A stretch of 64,000 bases of DNA from Ignavibacteriales bacterium (lineage in GTDB: Bacteria > Bacteroidota > Ignavibacteria > Ignavibacteriales > DAOSCP01): the NCBI GenBank assembly GCA_035379625.1, contig DAOSVM010000005.1, positions 29,833 through 93,832 of the forward strand, in the 5' to 3' direction. Each line of letters starts with the position of its first letter. The stretch's first letter is position 1. The notes below the pieces were generated by a model. The model was not told the origin of the DNA and did not search any database. It was given only the letters and a program-made list of their open reading frames with translations. The position numbers and the translations under genes were made by a program. Of the stretch, positions 39,801 through 50,312 are shown piece by piece.

Positions 39801-40403
39801 GGTGGTTTAGATCACGTTTTAGCATCTGGTAAAAATGTTAATATTCTTGTACTTGATACAGAAGTTTATTCAAATACAGGTGGTCAGGCATCAAAATCTA
39901 CACCAATTGGTGCGGTAGCAAAATTTGCTGCTTCAGGTAAACCAGCAATGAAAAAAGATTTAGCTATGTTGGCAATGACATATCAAAATGTATATGTTGC
40001 ACGTGTAGCAATGGGCGCAAACGATTTACACACATTAAAAGTATTCCTTGAAGCTGAAGCTTATGATGGACCATCCATAATTATTGCATATTCTCATTGT
40101 ATCGCTCACGGTATTGATATGGCTAAAGGTCTTGAACAACAAAAATTAGCTGTAGAATCAGGCCATTGGCCTTTAATGCGATTCAATCCAGATTTAATGG
40201 CTGAAGGCAAAAATCCATTTGTTCTCGATAGTAAATCGCCTAAAGTATCATTGGATAATTATATTTATCGTGAGACAAGATACAAAATGCTTACAAAAGC
40301 AGATCCAGAGCACGCAAAAGAATTGTTGGATAAAGCTCAAGAGATGGTTAACCTTAAGACAAAGATTTATCAAAACTTTGGTAAGCTATACGAAAACAAT
40401 TAA
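36843..40403 (+). CDS. nifJ: pyruvate:ferredoxin (flavodoxin) oxidoreductase
   Basis: 1186-aa single-polypeptide PFOR. It has two ferredoxin motifs, CIQCGKCAFVCP and CTGCGLCVEACP. The TPP region is GGDGWAYDIGYGGLDH. Confidence 0.96.
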   Translation: MGRKKITVDGNEAAAYVAYRLSEVISIYPITPSSPMGEFSDDWSAKKVKNIWGTVPTVMEMQSEGGAAGAVHGALQAGTLSTTFTASQGLLLMIPNMYKIAGELTPTVFHVTARALAAAALSIFGDHSDVMSVRQTGFAMLASTSVQEVMDMALIAHASTLKSRVPFLHFFDGFRTSHEVSKIEALSEEDIKAMIDNEWVYEHKRRALNPDNPFIRGTAQNPDVYFQGRETVNKFYLATPAIVQEMMDKFAKIVGRQYNLFDYYGSPNAERVIVIIGSGAQTAEVTAKVLNEKYGYNVGVLVVRLFRPFSVEHFLKVLPKTVKKIAVLDRTKEPGSLGEPLYLDVTSAIAEGMNNGTLQFEKFPKIIGGRYGLGSKEFTPGMVKAIYDELAKDDPKNHFTVGIDDDVTNTSLSYDENFPLGIKTFRAMFYGLGADGTVGANKNTIKIIGEETDYYVQGYFVYDSKKSGSMTISHLRFGEEPIKAEFLIKEAEFVACHQFQFVERINVVENLQENGVFLLNSPYSVEETWKKLPKTIQQEIIKKKAKFYVIDAYEVAKNTGMGTRINTIMQTCFFAISGVLPKEQAIEKIKNAIKKTYSAKGEEVVKKNFAAVDHTLEHLHELKYEGLPISDFDLKPPVPEQAPEYVKETLGKMIAGYGDKVKVSEMPVDGTFPSATTQWEKRNIALDVPIWESDLCIQCGKCAFVCPHAAIRTKAYDKAVLANAPAEFKAVAAKGKEFDENTYYTVQVAPEDCTGCGLCVEACPAKDKSDASRKAINMQSVLDIKEREIKNYDFFLSIPEFDRSKISVNTIKGSQLLQPLFEYSGACAGCGETPYVKLVSQLFGDRLIVANATGCSSIYGGNLPTTPWSVNKEGRGPAWSNSLFEDNAEFGLGMRLAVDKNTEFAVELISHHKNSIGVELVEAILSNSQKTENEIQIQRENVAKLKEKISGISEQWAKDLLSVADYLVKKSVWIIGGDGWAYDIGYGGLDHVLASGKNVNILVLDTEVYSNTGGQASKSTPIGAVAKFAASGKPAMKKDLAMLAMTYQNVYVARVAMGANDLHTLKVFLEAEAYDGPSIIIAYSHCIAHGIDMAKGLEQQKLAVESGHWPLMRFNPDLMAEGKNPFVLDSKSPKVSLDNYIYRETRYKMLTKADPEHAKELLDKAQEMVNLKTKIYQNFGKLYENN

Positions 40404-40409
40404 AATAAA

Positions 40410-40436
40410 GGCCGCCCGTAAGGGCGGTTTTTTTTT
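40410..40436 (+). terminator. rho-independent terminator after nifJ
   Basis: ccgccc-gtaa-gggcgg followed by ttttttttt. Confidence 0.85.
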
Positions 40437-40448
40437 ATCTCCTTTTAT

Positions 40449-40918
40449 TTAGCTCAGACGGTGTAAGCTTAGCCCGCTTGCGCGGGCAGGGCTAAAGCCC
40501 AGAATAAATATTTAACATACAACCCCATATCAACAATATAATCAACACCTTACGCTATTTATTTAGCATAAAATCAACTAAAATTTATAGTTTTTTATAC
40601 AAATAATATATTCGTATTTGCAATATATTTGTATTTACGATATATTAGCAATTATTAAAAATATCTTTGTAATTGTATTATATTTGTATTTGTAATAATA
40701 TTGTATCTACGATATATATTATCTTCAAAATTATATTGTTTTATAGATATAGTTTTAAAAGCTGTAAGTAATTAAAATATTGCAGGAATTTTTTTTGTAG
40801 ATAAGAAGATTTTTAATTGTTAGCAAAAATGCTTCGCCAACCAACTTTATATTAAGGAAGAAAATTAATTCCCCTTACAAAAGGGGATTAAAGGCTATGC
40901 TTATACTGTCCGAGCTAA
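40449..40918 (+). mobile_element. MITE-like ORF-less element, copy C (470 bp)
   Basis: Alpha end: TIR ttagctcagacggtgtaagc (40449-68), hairpin gcccgc-ttgc-gcgggc (40472-87), then gggc-taaa-gccc. Beta end: hairpin tcccctt-acaa-aagggga (40870-87) and TIR gcttatactgtccgagctaa (40899-918). The core holds 17-bp phased motifs. Confidence 0.75.
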
Positions 40919-40941
40919 TGAAAAATTTTTTTTTCAATAAT

Positions 40942-40973
40942 AAAAAAAAGCCCTTGCTTGGTTAGCAAGGGCT
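40942..40973 (-). terminator. rho-independent terminator after the T9SS gene
   Basis: Minus strand: agcccttgct-aacca-agcaagggct followed by tttttttt. Confidence 0.8.
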
Positions 40974-40991
40974 AGATAAATAATTATATCT

Positions 40992-42849
40992 TTATTTGAC
41001 CAACATCATCTTTTTGCTAATTTTTACATTTCCTGCTTCTAAACTGTAAATATAAATACCACTTGTTAAGCTATTTCCATTGAAGTTGATGCTGTAATAA
41101 CCTGCTTCTTGCTCGCCTTCATATAATTTCATAACTTCTTGGCCTGCAATGTTGTAGACTTTCAATATAACTTTTGAGCTTTGTGGTATACCATAATTTA
41201 TTACTGTAGTTGGATTAAAAGGATTTGGATAATTTTGTTTTAATTCATATTGCATTGGACGTATGTTTTCCAATACCAATGTATTGCTGTATTTGTAGCT
41301 GCCATCGTTATCTACTATCTTCAAACGATATGAACTATTTGACGTAATATTATTGTCTTCAAAACTATATTTATGTTCCACATTTGAATTTCCTGCTGCT
41401 GTAACTTCACCAACCTTTAACCATTTTCCCGAAACTAATTTTTCAACTTCAAATCTATTACTATTAACCTCAGATTTTGTAATCCAAGTTAGCTCAATTT
41501 TTGAGTTAATATATCTATAGTTAAATGAAGATAACTCAACAGGAAGCGGACCATCGATGATTATTACATCATCTATATAGTTGGATTGGTATGAATTCCC
41601 ACTTGCTCCTATTGCAATTAGATAATTACCCGCCGCAAGAGGTGATAAATCTACGCTACATAAATTCCAAGAATAAACTGCGTTAAAAGTTGAACCAATT
41701 TGTGTCCAATTTGTTCCGTTATCTGTAGAATATAACACTTTATTACTACCAGAACCATAATTATAAAATTGGATTAACCCACTCCCACCTTGTAATGTTA
41801 CATTTTTGTAGATTTTCTCATCAGTAAAACTACTGCTAGAATAACATTGAGCACTTGCATTTCCACCAGGTCTATAAATTGATGTATTTCTACTATATTT
41901 TGTGCTTGCAGACCAACCTGTAGGTGGGAAAGTTATATTTTCAAATCCTTCCGCTGTTGTACCTGCTGGGAAAATAGTAACATTTGTGTTGGCAGTATTA
42001 TTCGTATTATTATCATCAGCTTGAGATTCAGCTGTAACAGTGAAAATACCACCAACTGTTGGAGTCCAAGGAATATCAATATTGGTTGTTTGACCGGCGT
42101 TAAGACTTGCTATTGTACCACTATTGACTGTATTAGTCCCAACTTTCAAATTAATTGTAATATTGGAAAGATTATTTAAACCTTCATTAGATACGTTAAC
42201 TCTAAATGTTTGTTCATTTCCCGCAATTTGGTTACCAGTGTATAATTGGACAGAATTTACTTTTATATCATTATTATTTACAACACTAATTTCAAATTTA
42301 TCAATCCAAACATCATTTAAACTGTAAGCTGCATTTACTTCCAAAGCAAATTTTGCATTATTTACATTATAAGCTAGTGGAATATCAAACGTTTTTTTTT
42401 GTCCAACTTGTTGATGTTGTAACATTACTTCCTATTTGATTAAAAGTGCTACCACCGTCAGATGAAGCGTATACTTTAACTATAGCCGAACCAGAATAGT
42501 AATAATGATAAAATGACAACCTTTTACTTGATGTTGATGATAAATCAATTTGTGGTGTTATAAGTCTTCTGGTATTACCAGAATTACAATAATAATCATT
42601 GAAATGAGCAACTGCAGAACCATCATAAGCCCCAGTAGGTTTAGTCCCATTACCTAAAGGAGACCAAGAACCACTCCATACTGCCTTTTCCCAATATATT
42701 GATGTATTTGTACCGGTAGCGATTTGTGCCCAACCTGAAGGTGCTGTACCGTTTGTACTAGGAGACCAAGTTCCTTCAAATGAATCGCTAAATATTACTT
42801 GAGCATTTAATGTAAAAGATATAAATAAAAAATAAAATAATTTTTTCAT
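40992..42849 (-). pseudogene. T9SS cargo protein (choice-of-anchor-J-like x2, CARDB-like, C-terminal sorting domain) split by a frameshift in an A9 run
   Basis: ORFs 42385-42849 and 40992-42425 overlap at the coding-strand A9 tract (42392-42400). With A8 the reading ...TSWTKKTFDIPLAYN... is continuous (~618 aa). The N-terminal signal is followed by FSDSFEG...PSGW. A second copy reads AEGFENITFPPTGW. The C-terminus is NYPNPFNPTTVINYGIP...GIYIYSL...KMMLVK. Confidence 0.7.
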
Positions 42850-42942
42850 TTTAACTCCTTGTTAATATTTGTTATATATAAATTATGTAAAATAAATATA
42901 ATTGTCAAGTTAAATATTTTGTAAACACGATATATATTTTTA

Positions 42943-43353
42943 TTAGCTCAGACGGTGTAAGCTTAGCCCGCTTGCGCGGGCAAGGCTAAAGCCCAGAAAA
43001 ATTCTTACTAACACGCTATAACTTACCTATTTTCAATGAATTACAGTATATTTATATTTTTTACAATAATCAAAAATGAAAAATTATGAATATTAATAGC
43101 AAATGTAAAATTCTTATAATATTTTTGTATATACGATATAATTGTACCTGCAATATAAATTAAATTTGCGAAAATATATACTTATATACGATATTGTATA
43201 AAAAAACGAAAATATTAGTAATGTAAAACAATAGTATAAATAATATAATTGTATTAGTGATATATATTAGGTAAAGCTCCGCTATACCTGCGTGCTGGCA
43301 GGCAACTACTTGTTAAGAGTGCAATAGGTTTAAGCTTATACTGTCCGAGCTAA
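42943..43353 (+). mobile_element. MITE-like ORF-less element, copy D (411 bp)
   Basis: The alpha end (42943-42998) matches copy C at 55 of 56 positions. The beta end has a weak hairpin cctgc/gcagg (43287-91/43298-302) and TIR gcttatactgtccgagctaa (43334-53). That TIR plus flank matches C over 26 bp. Confidence 0.75.
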
Positions 43354-43423
43354 TGAAAATTTTTATTTTTAATTTGAGTTATATTCTTAAATTGTTTATA
43401 TTACTTAAAAAAAAGTATGAATT

Positions 43424-44191
43424 ATGGATGACTTAAGAAAAAAAATTGAGGAAATAAAAAAGGCTGCAACTCAAGTTTATATCGATAAAACGGCTGAAAT
43501 TTTGAGAGAAAAAAAACAGGAACTTATTCAAGAAAGGTTGCGCGAGGAAAGAGCGAGGAAAGATCCACGTGATGTTATTTTTGAAAAAATTAATGAATTA
43601 GCTAAAAAAGGAGAGTGGCAGGAAATTATTATTATTTATCAAAATGAAAAGCCTGGTTTTATAAAGGAGCACGCTCTGAAGTCTGTTTCTACGGCTGCTA
43701 ATAATGTTTTGGAAAAATATAAAAATAATTTGCAACTTGATATGCTGGTTAAGGTTGAGATTTCTCAGTTCATAAATGATGAAGTTAAGAAAAATGCTGT
43801 AGGAATTATCAATCAGATTTATGAAAAGGCAATAAACAATTATAAAAATTCGAAAGAAACTGAAAATTTGGAAGAGGTTTTGAAATCTAATATTAAGGAA
43901 GTTAAAAATCTTGCTGGTAAAACACTGATTGAGATTTATTCATCGGATCAGAAATATTATGTTGATTTGTTGAAATTGTCAAATAATTCTCGTTTGTTTG
44001 GGGATATTAGTTTTTGGGCAGGAAAAAAATTGTTGGAGATTGTTTATTTAGAAAACGCTGGAACGATTGATCCGGATTTTATTGTTAGATTTAAGAAAGA
44101 ATTTAATTATTCGCAATTTCAAACATTTTTTTATCATCTTATTGATAGTGATGTTAAAAAATTAATAGATAAACACAAGGAAACAATATAA
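43424..44191 (+). CDS. hypothetical protein (helical, Lys/Glu-rich)
   Basis: 255-aa ORF with ordinary codon usage and no motif I recognise. An 11-bp gap to the next gene suggests co-transcription. Confidence 0.6.
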   Translation: MDDLRKKIEEIKKAATQVYIDKTAEILREKKQELIQERLREERARKDPRDVIFEKINELAKKGEWQEIIIIYQNEKPGFIKEHALKSVSTAANNVLEKYKNNLQLDMLVKVEISQFINDEVKKNAVGIINQIYEKAINNYKNSKETENLEEVLKSNIKEVKNLAGKTLIEIYSSDQKYYVDLLKLSNNSRLFGDISFWAGKKLLEIVYLENAGTIDPDFIVRFKKEFNYSQFQTFFYHLIDSDVKKLIDKHKETI

Positions 44192-44202
44192 GGAAAATTT
44201 TT

Positions 44203-45195
44203 ATGGATCTTACAACTAAATATTTAGGATTGGAACTAAAAAATCCACTTCTACCAAGTGCATCACCATTAAGTGGAGAAATTGATAGTATAAAAAGATT
44301 GGAAGATGCAGGGGCTGCGGGAGTTGTTTTATATTCACTTTTTGAGGAGCAGATTTTAAGGGAAGAGGCTGCGTTAGATCATTTTTTGAATTATGGGGGA
44401 GAATCGTTTGCGGAAGCTATTAGTTATTTTCCTACAAATTTGGAATATAATCACGGACCGGTGGATTATCTTGAGCATATAAAGAAGGCAAAAAATGCTG
44501 TTGATATTCCTATTATTGCATCATTGAATGGTTTTACAACAGGTGGTTGGCTTAAGTATGCAAAATTGATTGAAGAGGCGGGCGCAGATGCTCTGGAGTT
44601 AAATTTATTTAATTTACCTACAAGAATTGATGTTAGCGCTGTGGAAGTAGAAAAGGAATATATTGAAATAATCAAAACAGTTGCAAGCGAAGTGAAAATT
44701 CCAGTAGCTGTAAAATTATCACCTTTTTTTACATCATTGCCACATTTTGCAAAACAGGTTGAGTTGGCAGGAGCTAAAGGATTAGTTCTGTTTAATAGGT
44801 TTTATCAGCCTGATATTGATTTGGATGAATTAACTGTTGTACCTAACCTTGTATTGAGTACAAATTGGGAAATGAGGCTTCCTTTAAGATGGGTCGCAAT
44901 GTTGTATGGTAAAGTTAATACATCTTTTGCTATTACATCTGGTGTTCATACATATCAAGATGTTTTAAAAGCTATGATGGTTGGAGCTAATGTTGCTATG
45001 GTTTGTAGTGAACTCCTAAAAAATGGTATTGGGCGTATTGCAGAAATATTAAATGATTTAACAAAATGGATGGAAGAAAAAGAATATGTTTCTATTAAGC
45101 AGATGCAAGGAAGTTTGAGTGAGAAATCTGTTAAGGAAGCAAATGCTTATCATAGAGCTAATTATATGAAAGAATTGTACAGTTGGCATATATAA
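44203..45195 (+). CDS. dihydroorotate dehydrogenase-like (DHOD family, TIM-barrel flavoprotein) protein
   Basis: The N-terminus TKYLGLELKNPLLPSASPLSG and the pattern ...IIASLNG...ELNL...VAVKLSP...FNR... fit DHOD/DPD-family barrels. The specific function is unassigned. Confidence 0.75.
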   Translation: MDLTTKYLGLELKNPLLPSASPLSGEIDSIKRLEDAGAAGVVLYSLFEEQILREEAALDHFLNYGGESFAEAISYFPTNLEYNHGPVDYLEHIKKAKNAVDIPIIASLNGFTTGGWLKYAKLIEEAGADALELNLFNLPTRIDVSAVEVEKEYIEIIKTVASEVKIPVAVKLSPFFTSLPHFAKQVELAGAKGLVLFNRFYQPDIDLDELTVVPNLVLSTNWEMRLPLRWVAMLYGKVNTSFAITSGVHTYQDVLKAMMVGANVAMVCSELLKNGIGRIAEILNDLTKWMEEKEYVSIKQMQGSLSEKSVKEANAYHRANYMKELYSWHI

Positions 45196-45244
45196 TTAAT
45201 TTTGTAAATTAATAATTTTTTTGTATTTTTGCAATGGTATTTAA

Positions 45245-46324
<1,080 letters not shown>

Positions 46325-46403
46325 ATGAACCTTATGTTAAGTTAAAAATACTTTAGTAAATTAAACAAACATATATTTTATATAAAATAAATTCGAGGTA
46401 TTT

Positions 46404-48374
46404 ATGAAAAAAATCCTTTTTTTATTTTTTCTATCTTTAATAATTGCAGCGCAAGAAAATAACTTTAATGATTTAATGAATTATTCGCTTGAAGAGCTAT
46501 TAAATATGGATGTTACAGTTGCAACGAAATCTTCTTTAACTCCAAGGGAAACACCTGGTATTATAAGTGTTATTACTCAAGAAGATATTAAAAAATCAGG
46601 TGCTAATGATTTGGTAGAAATATTAAGATTAGTTCCCGGTTTTGAATATGGAGCTGATGTTGAAGGAGCTTTTAGTATTGGTATAAGAGGTAATTGGGCA
46701 CACGAAGGAAAAATATCTTTGTATATAGATGGTTTTGAGGTTAATGAATTAAATTATTCAAATCTTGTAATTAATGATAGAATTTTATTAGAAAATATTG
46801 AGAAAATTGAAATTATCCGTGGCCCTGGCTCAGCAATTTATGGGGGAAACTCCGAATTAGGTGTAATAAATATTGTTACCAAAAGTGGAAAATCATTAAA
46901 TGGCGGCTTCCTAAAAACATATTTATCTGCAGGTGATAAAGGATTTTATAATAGAAATGTTCAATTTTCTGTTGGTAGCGCATTAGGTGAAAGCGAAGTA
47001 GCACTTCATACCGCTATTGGAAAATCAATTCAATCTGATAAAGATTATACAGATTTTTATGGTGTAAAATATAATATGAGAAAAAATTCAAATATTTATC
47101 CTTTATATTTAAATTTCAACTATAAATACAAAGATTTTAGCTTTAGATATATTTGGGATAAATTATTGCTTGAACAAAAAGATCAAGTTATTGATGCTAT
47201 TCCGTCAAATATAAAACCAACACCAACGGATTTTAATTATAGTTATATTGAAATGAAATATGATTGGAATTTGGTTGATAATTTTAAGCTTACTCCAAGA
47301 TTTTACTATAAAAAGCATAATGCCTGGGCTGTTTCTGATGCATATGTTTCTGAAACAGGTTTACCTGATAGTGTTTACTATAGCAAATATTTCAATTCTG
47401 ATTTTACATCTGAAAGGTATGCCGCAACACTTTTAGCTAATTATGATTATAGCAAAGAATTAAATATTTTATTTGGAGCTGAAGAGCTTTGGGATAGAGG
47501 TACTTCCAATAATCATAAAAGTCTTTTCCAAACACAAGAAAAATACAGAGTTAAATATGATCAATACGCTATTTATACACAACTGCTTTATAAACATAGT
47601 ATAGCAAATTTAACATTAGGTTTAAGATATGATAAACACAGTGAAGGTTGGAGTTCATTTATACCAAGATTTGCTATAACAAAAGTTATTGATGATTTTC
47701 ATTTTAAATTATTGTATTCAAATGCGTTTCGTAGCCCAGGTATAAGAAATATTGATTTACAATTAACAAAATTAGATCCTGAAAAAACAACGGTTATAGA
47801 AACAGAATTAGGCTATGTATTAAATAAAAATATGATTTTTACAATTAATTTATTTGATATAAAAATAAAAGATCCAATTATTTATGTGGTAACATCTAAT
47901 GGTGAAGGATATAAGAATTTAACTAAAATGGGAACACAAGGTGTAGAATTTCAGTATTTGTATAAAGAAAAATTTGGTAAATTTGAGTTAAATTATTCAT
48001 ATTATAAAAATAATAAAAATGAAGTTGCAGATTATGTTGTTCCAACAAACAAAGATGTTAATTTGGCTTTTCCACAACATAAAGTTAATTTGATTACTTC
48101 ATATAATATATCAAATAATTTATCGATAAATGCAAATATGACATATTTGAGTGATAGGTATAAATTTACTCCTGGAGGTTACGAAAAAGAAAAATCGTTA
48201 GTATTACTAAATGCAAACGTATTATACGTGAATTTCAACAATTTGGATATTCAATTAGGAATAAAAAATATTTTAGATGCGGATTATAATTATATACAAG
48301 CATACAATGCAAAACATATGCCACTACCATCGAAAGGGAGAGAATATTTTTTAAGTGTTGTATATAACTTTTAA
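46404..48374 (+). CDS. TonB-dependent receptor
   Basis: Signal peptide. Plug region (ETPGIISVITQEDIKKSGANDLVEILRLVPGF, IEIIRGPGSAIYG). Long beta-barrel ending in ...VVYNF. Confidence 0.88.
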   Translation: MKKILFLFFLSLIIAAQENNFNDLMNYSLEELLNMDVTVATKSSLTPRETPGIISVITQEDIKKSGANDLVEILRLVPGFEYGADVEGAFSIGIRGNWAHEGKISLYIDGFEVNELNYSNLVINDRILLENIEKIEIIRGPGSAIYGGNSELGVINIVTKSGKSLNGGFLKTYLSAGDKGFYNRNVQFSVGSALGESEVALHTAIGKSIQSDKDYTDFYGVKYNMRKNSNIYPLYLNFNYKYKDFSFRYIWDKLLLEQKDQVIDAIPSNIKPTPTDFNYSYIEMKYDWNLVDNFKLTPRFYYKKHNAWAVSDAYVSETGLPDSVYYSKYFNSDFTSERYAATLLANYDYSKELNILFGAEELWDRGTSNNHKSLFQTQEKYRVKYDQYAIYTQLLYKHSIANLTLGLRYDKHSEGWSSFIPRFAITKVIDDFHFKLLYSNAFRSPGIRNIDLQLTKLDPEKTTVIETELGYVLNKNMIFTINLFDIKIKDPIIYVVTSNGEGYKNLTKMGTQGVEFQYLYKEKFGKFELNYSYYKNNKNEVADYVVPTNKDVNLAFPQHKVNLITSYNISNNLSINANMTYLSDRYKFTPGGYEKEKSLVLLNANVLYVNFNNLDIQLGIKNILDADYNYIQAYNAKHMPLPSKGREYFLSVVYNF

Positions 48375-48376
48375 AT

Positions 48377-48406
48377 AAAAAGCTCTCTTTTACAGAGAGC
48401 TTTTTC
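48377..48406. terminator. bidirectional terminator
   Basis: aaaaagctctct-tttac-agagagcttttt. Confidence 0.8.
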
Positions 48407-48411
48407 TATAT

Positions 48412-49332
48412 TTATACGTTTTCAAAAAGTTCTTCGTTGGAAATGTATCTTTCGCCAGTGTCGTAATTAAAAGTTAAAATAGTTGAGTTTTCTGGAATTT
48501 CTGGAAGTTTTTTAGCAACTGCTGCTAAAGATGCACCAGTGGAAATACCGACCAATATTCCTTCAGTTTTTGCTATTTTTTTCATATACTCAAAAGCTTC
48601 ATCTTTGCTAACTTGAATTATACCGTCCAATAAATCTGTTTTTAAAATTTTAGGTACAAATCCTGCACCAATACCTTGAATAGGATGAGGACCTGGTTGG
48701 CCGCCGCTTAAAACAGGAGAAAGTTCAGGCTCAACCGCAAAAGCTTTCATATTAGGGAATTTTTCTTTAACTACTTTTGCAACACCTGTAATATGCCCAC
48801 CGGTTCCAACGCCCGTTATTAAATAATCAATTCCGTTAGGGAAATCGCGCAAAACTTCTTGTGCAGTAGTTTCAATATGAATCTTTACATTTGCTTCGTT
48901 TTCAAATTGTTGTGGAATCCAGGAATTTTTAATTTCTTGGTGTAACTCACTTGCTTTTTCGATTGCTCCTTTCATTCCCTTTTCTCTTGGTGTTAAAACT
49001 AATTCGGCACCGTAGGCTTTCATAATTTTTCGTCTTTCAATAGACATCGATTCTGGCATTGTTAAAATTAATTTATAACCTTTTACAGCTGCAACCATTG
49101 CAAGACCAATTCCTGTATTGCCAGATGTTGGTTCAATAATAACAGTATCTTTATTTATTAAACCTTTTTGCTCGGCATCGTTTATCATTGCAAGGGCTAT
49201 TCTATCTTTGATGCTTCCGCCTGGATTTTGTTTTTCCAACTTTATAAAAATATTATGGTTTGTATTATAAAGTTTATTTATTTTAACAATTGGGGTATTA
49301 CCAATAACTTCTAATATATTATTGAATGGCAT
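48412..49332 (-). CDS. cysK: cysteine synthase A (O-acetylserine sulfhydrylase)
   Basis: PLP lysine context NPGGSIKDR, then [10 protein letters not shown] and GTGGHITG. Confidence 0.94.
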   Translation of the reverse strand: MPFNNILEVIGNTPIVKINKLYNTNHNIFIKLEKQNPGGSIKDRIALAMINDAEQKGLINKDTVIIEPTSGNTGIGLAMVAAVKGYKLILTMPESMSIERRKIMKAYGAELVLTPREKGMKGAIEKASELHQEIKNSWIPQQFENEANVKIHIETTAQEVLRDFPNGIDYLITGVGTGGHITGVAKVVKEKFPNMKAFAVEPELSPVLSGGQPGPHPIQGIGAGFVPKILKTDLLDGIIQVSKDEAFEYMKKIAKTEGILVGISTGASLAAVAKKLPEIPENSTILTFNYDTGERYISNEELFENV

Positions 49333-49487
49333 AATCGCTTCTCCTTATATTTTTAATTTTTAATTGTAAGAAAATAAAAAAAGGTGTGACTTAGATATAT
49401 TTATTTTATTTTGCCCCCAAGGGGCAGCAGATATCGATGTAATGATAAATAGGACGTGAATTGTGTATGTAAATATAGTAAATCATA

Positions 49488-50312
49488 TTAAATCACATAG
49501 TTTATAATATTATCATCATCTTTTTGATTGCGAACTTTTACATTACTTTTATGATAAACAACCGAAAAAGGTGGAACGCTTTCAATGAGCCAAACATTAC
49601 CGCCAATAATGCTATTATTACCAATAACAGTATCTCCGCCCAAAATAGTTGCACCAGAATATATGATAACATTATCTTCAATAGTTGGGTGCCTTTTGCT
49701 TTTGTTGGTAGTTTTTTCAACACTTAACGCACCTAATGTAACACCTTGGTAAAGTTTAACATTATCTCCAATTACTGTAGTTTCACCAATAACAATACCA
49801 GTGCCGTGGTCAATACAGAAACGTTTACCAATTTTTGCACCAGGATGAATATCTATTCCCGTCAATTGATGCGCATACTCGGTTAACAATCTTGGAAAAA
49901 TAGGAACATTTAATTCATAAAAAACATTAGCAACGCGATAAATGGAAATAGCTAAAAATCCGGGATAAGTTATTATAACTTCATCAACATTTTCAGCGGC
50001 TGGATCACCACGCTCTATTGCATCCGCATCTTGCAGCAGTGATAAATAAATTTCTTCTAATCTATTAAAAAATATATCCGCAATAGCAGTAATTTCCTTC
50101 TCATCAACAATATGACGTAATATTTTTATTAAATCAATTCTTAATTTAAGCTTTTCAACAGTGATTTCTTCCAATGAGCTATATCTCTTTTGGCTAAAAT
50201 GCGGGAACAATAGCCCCAACAAATTCTCTATAAAAAGCTGTGTGTCCTTTCTAAAAGATAATTCCAATGAACTTTTTTGCCTAAAATCGTATATTAAATT
50301 TTCTAAAGCCAT
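49488..50312 (-). CDS. cysE: serine O-acetyltransferase
   Basis: Hexapeptide-repeat C-terminal half (GIDIHPGAKIGKRFCIDHGTGIVIGETTVIGDNVKLYQGVTLG). The start ATG overlaps the manA stop (TAATG). Confidence 0.88.
   Translation of the reverse strand: MALENLIYDFRQKSSLELSFRKDTQLFIENLLGLLFPHFSQKRYSSLEEITVEKLKLRIDLIKILRHIVDEKEITAIADIFFNRLEEIYLSLLQDADAIERGDPAAENVDEVIITYPGFLAISIYRVANVFYELNVPIFPRLLTEYAHQLTGIDIHPGAKIGKRFCIDHGTGIVIGETTVIGDNVKLYQGVTLGALSVEKTTNKSKRHPTIEDNVIIYSGATILGGDTVIGNNSIIGGNVWLIESVPPFSVVYHKSNVKVRNQKDDDNIINYVI

Noticed and set aside
49412-49426. Isolated GC hairpin tgcccc-caa-ggggca between cysE and cysK.
   Set aside because: It is not followed by a U-tract on the minus (transcribed) strand, so it is not a canonical terminator. 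It has no adjacent TIR, so it cannot be assigned to the element family. I leave it unexplained at low significance.
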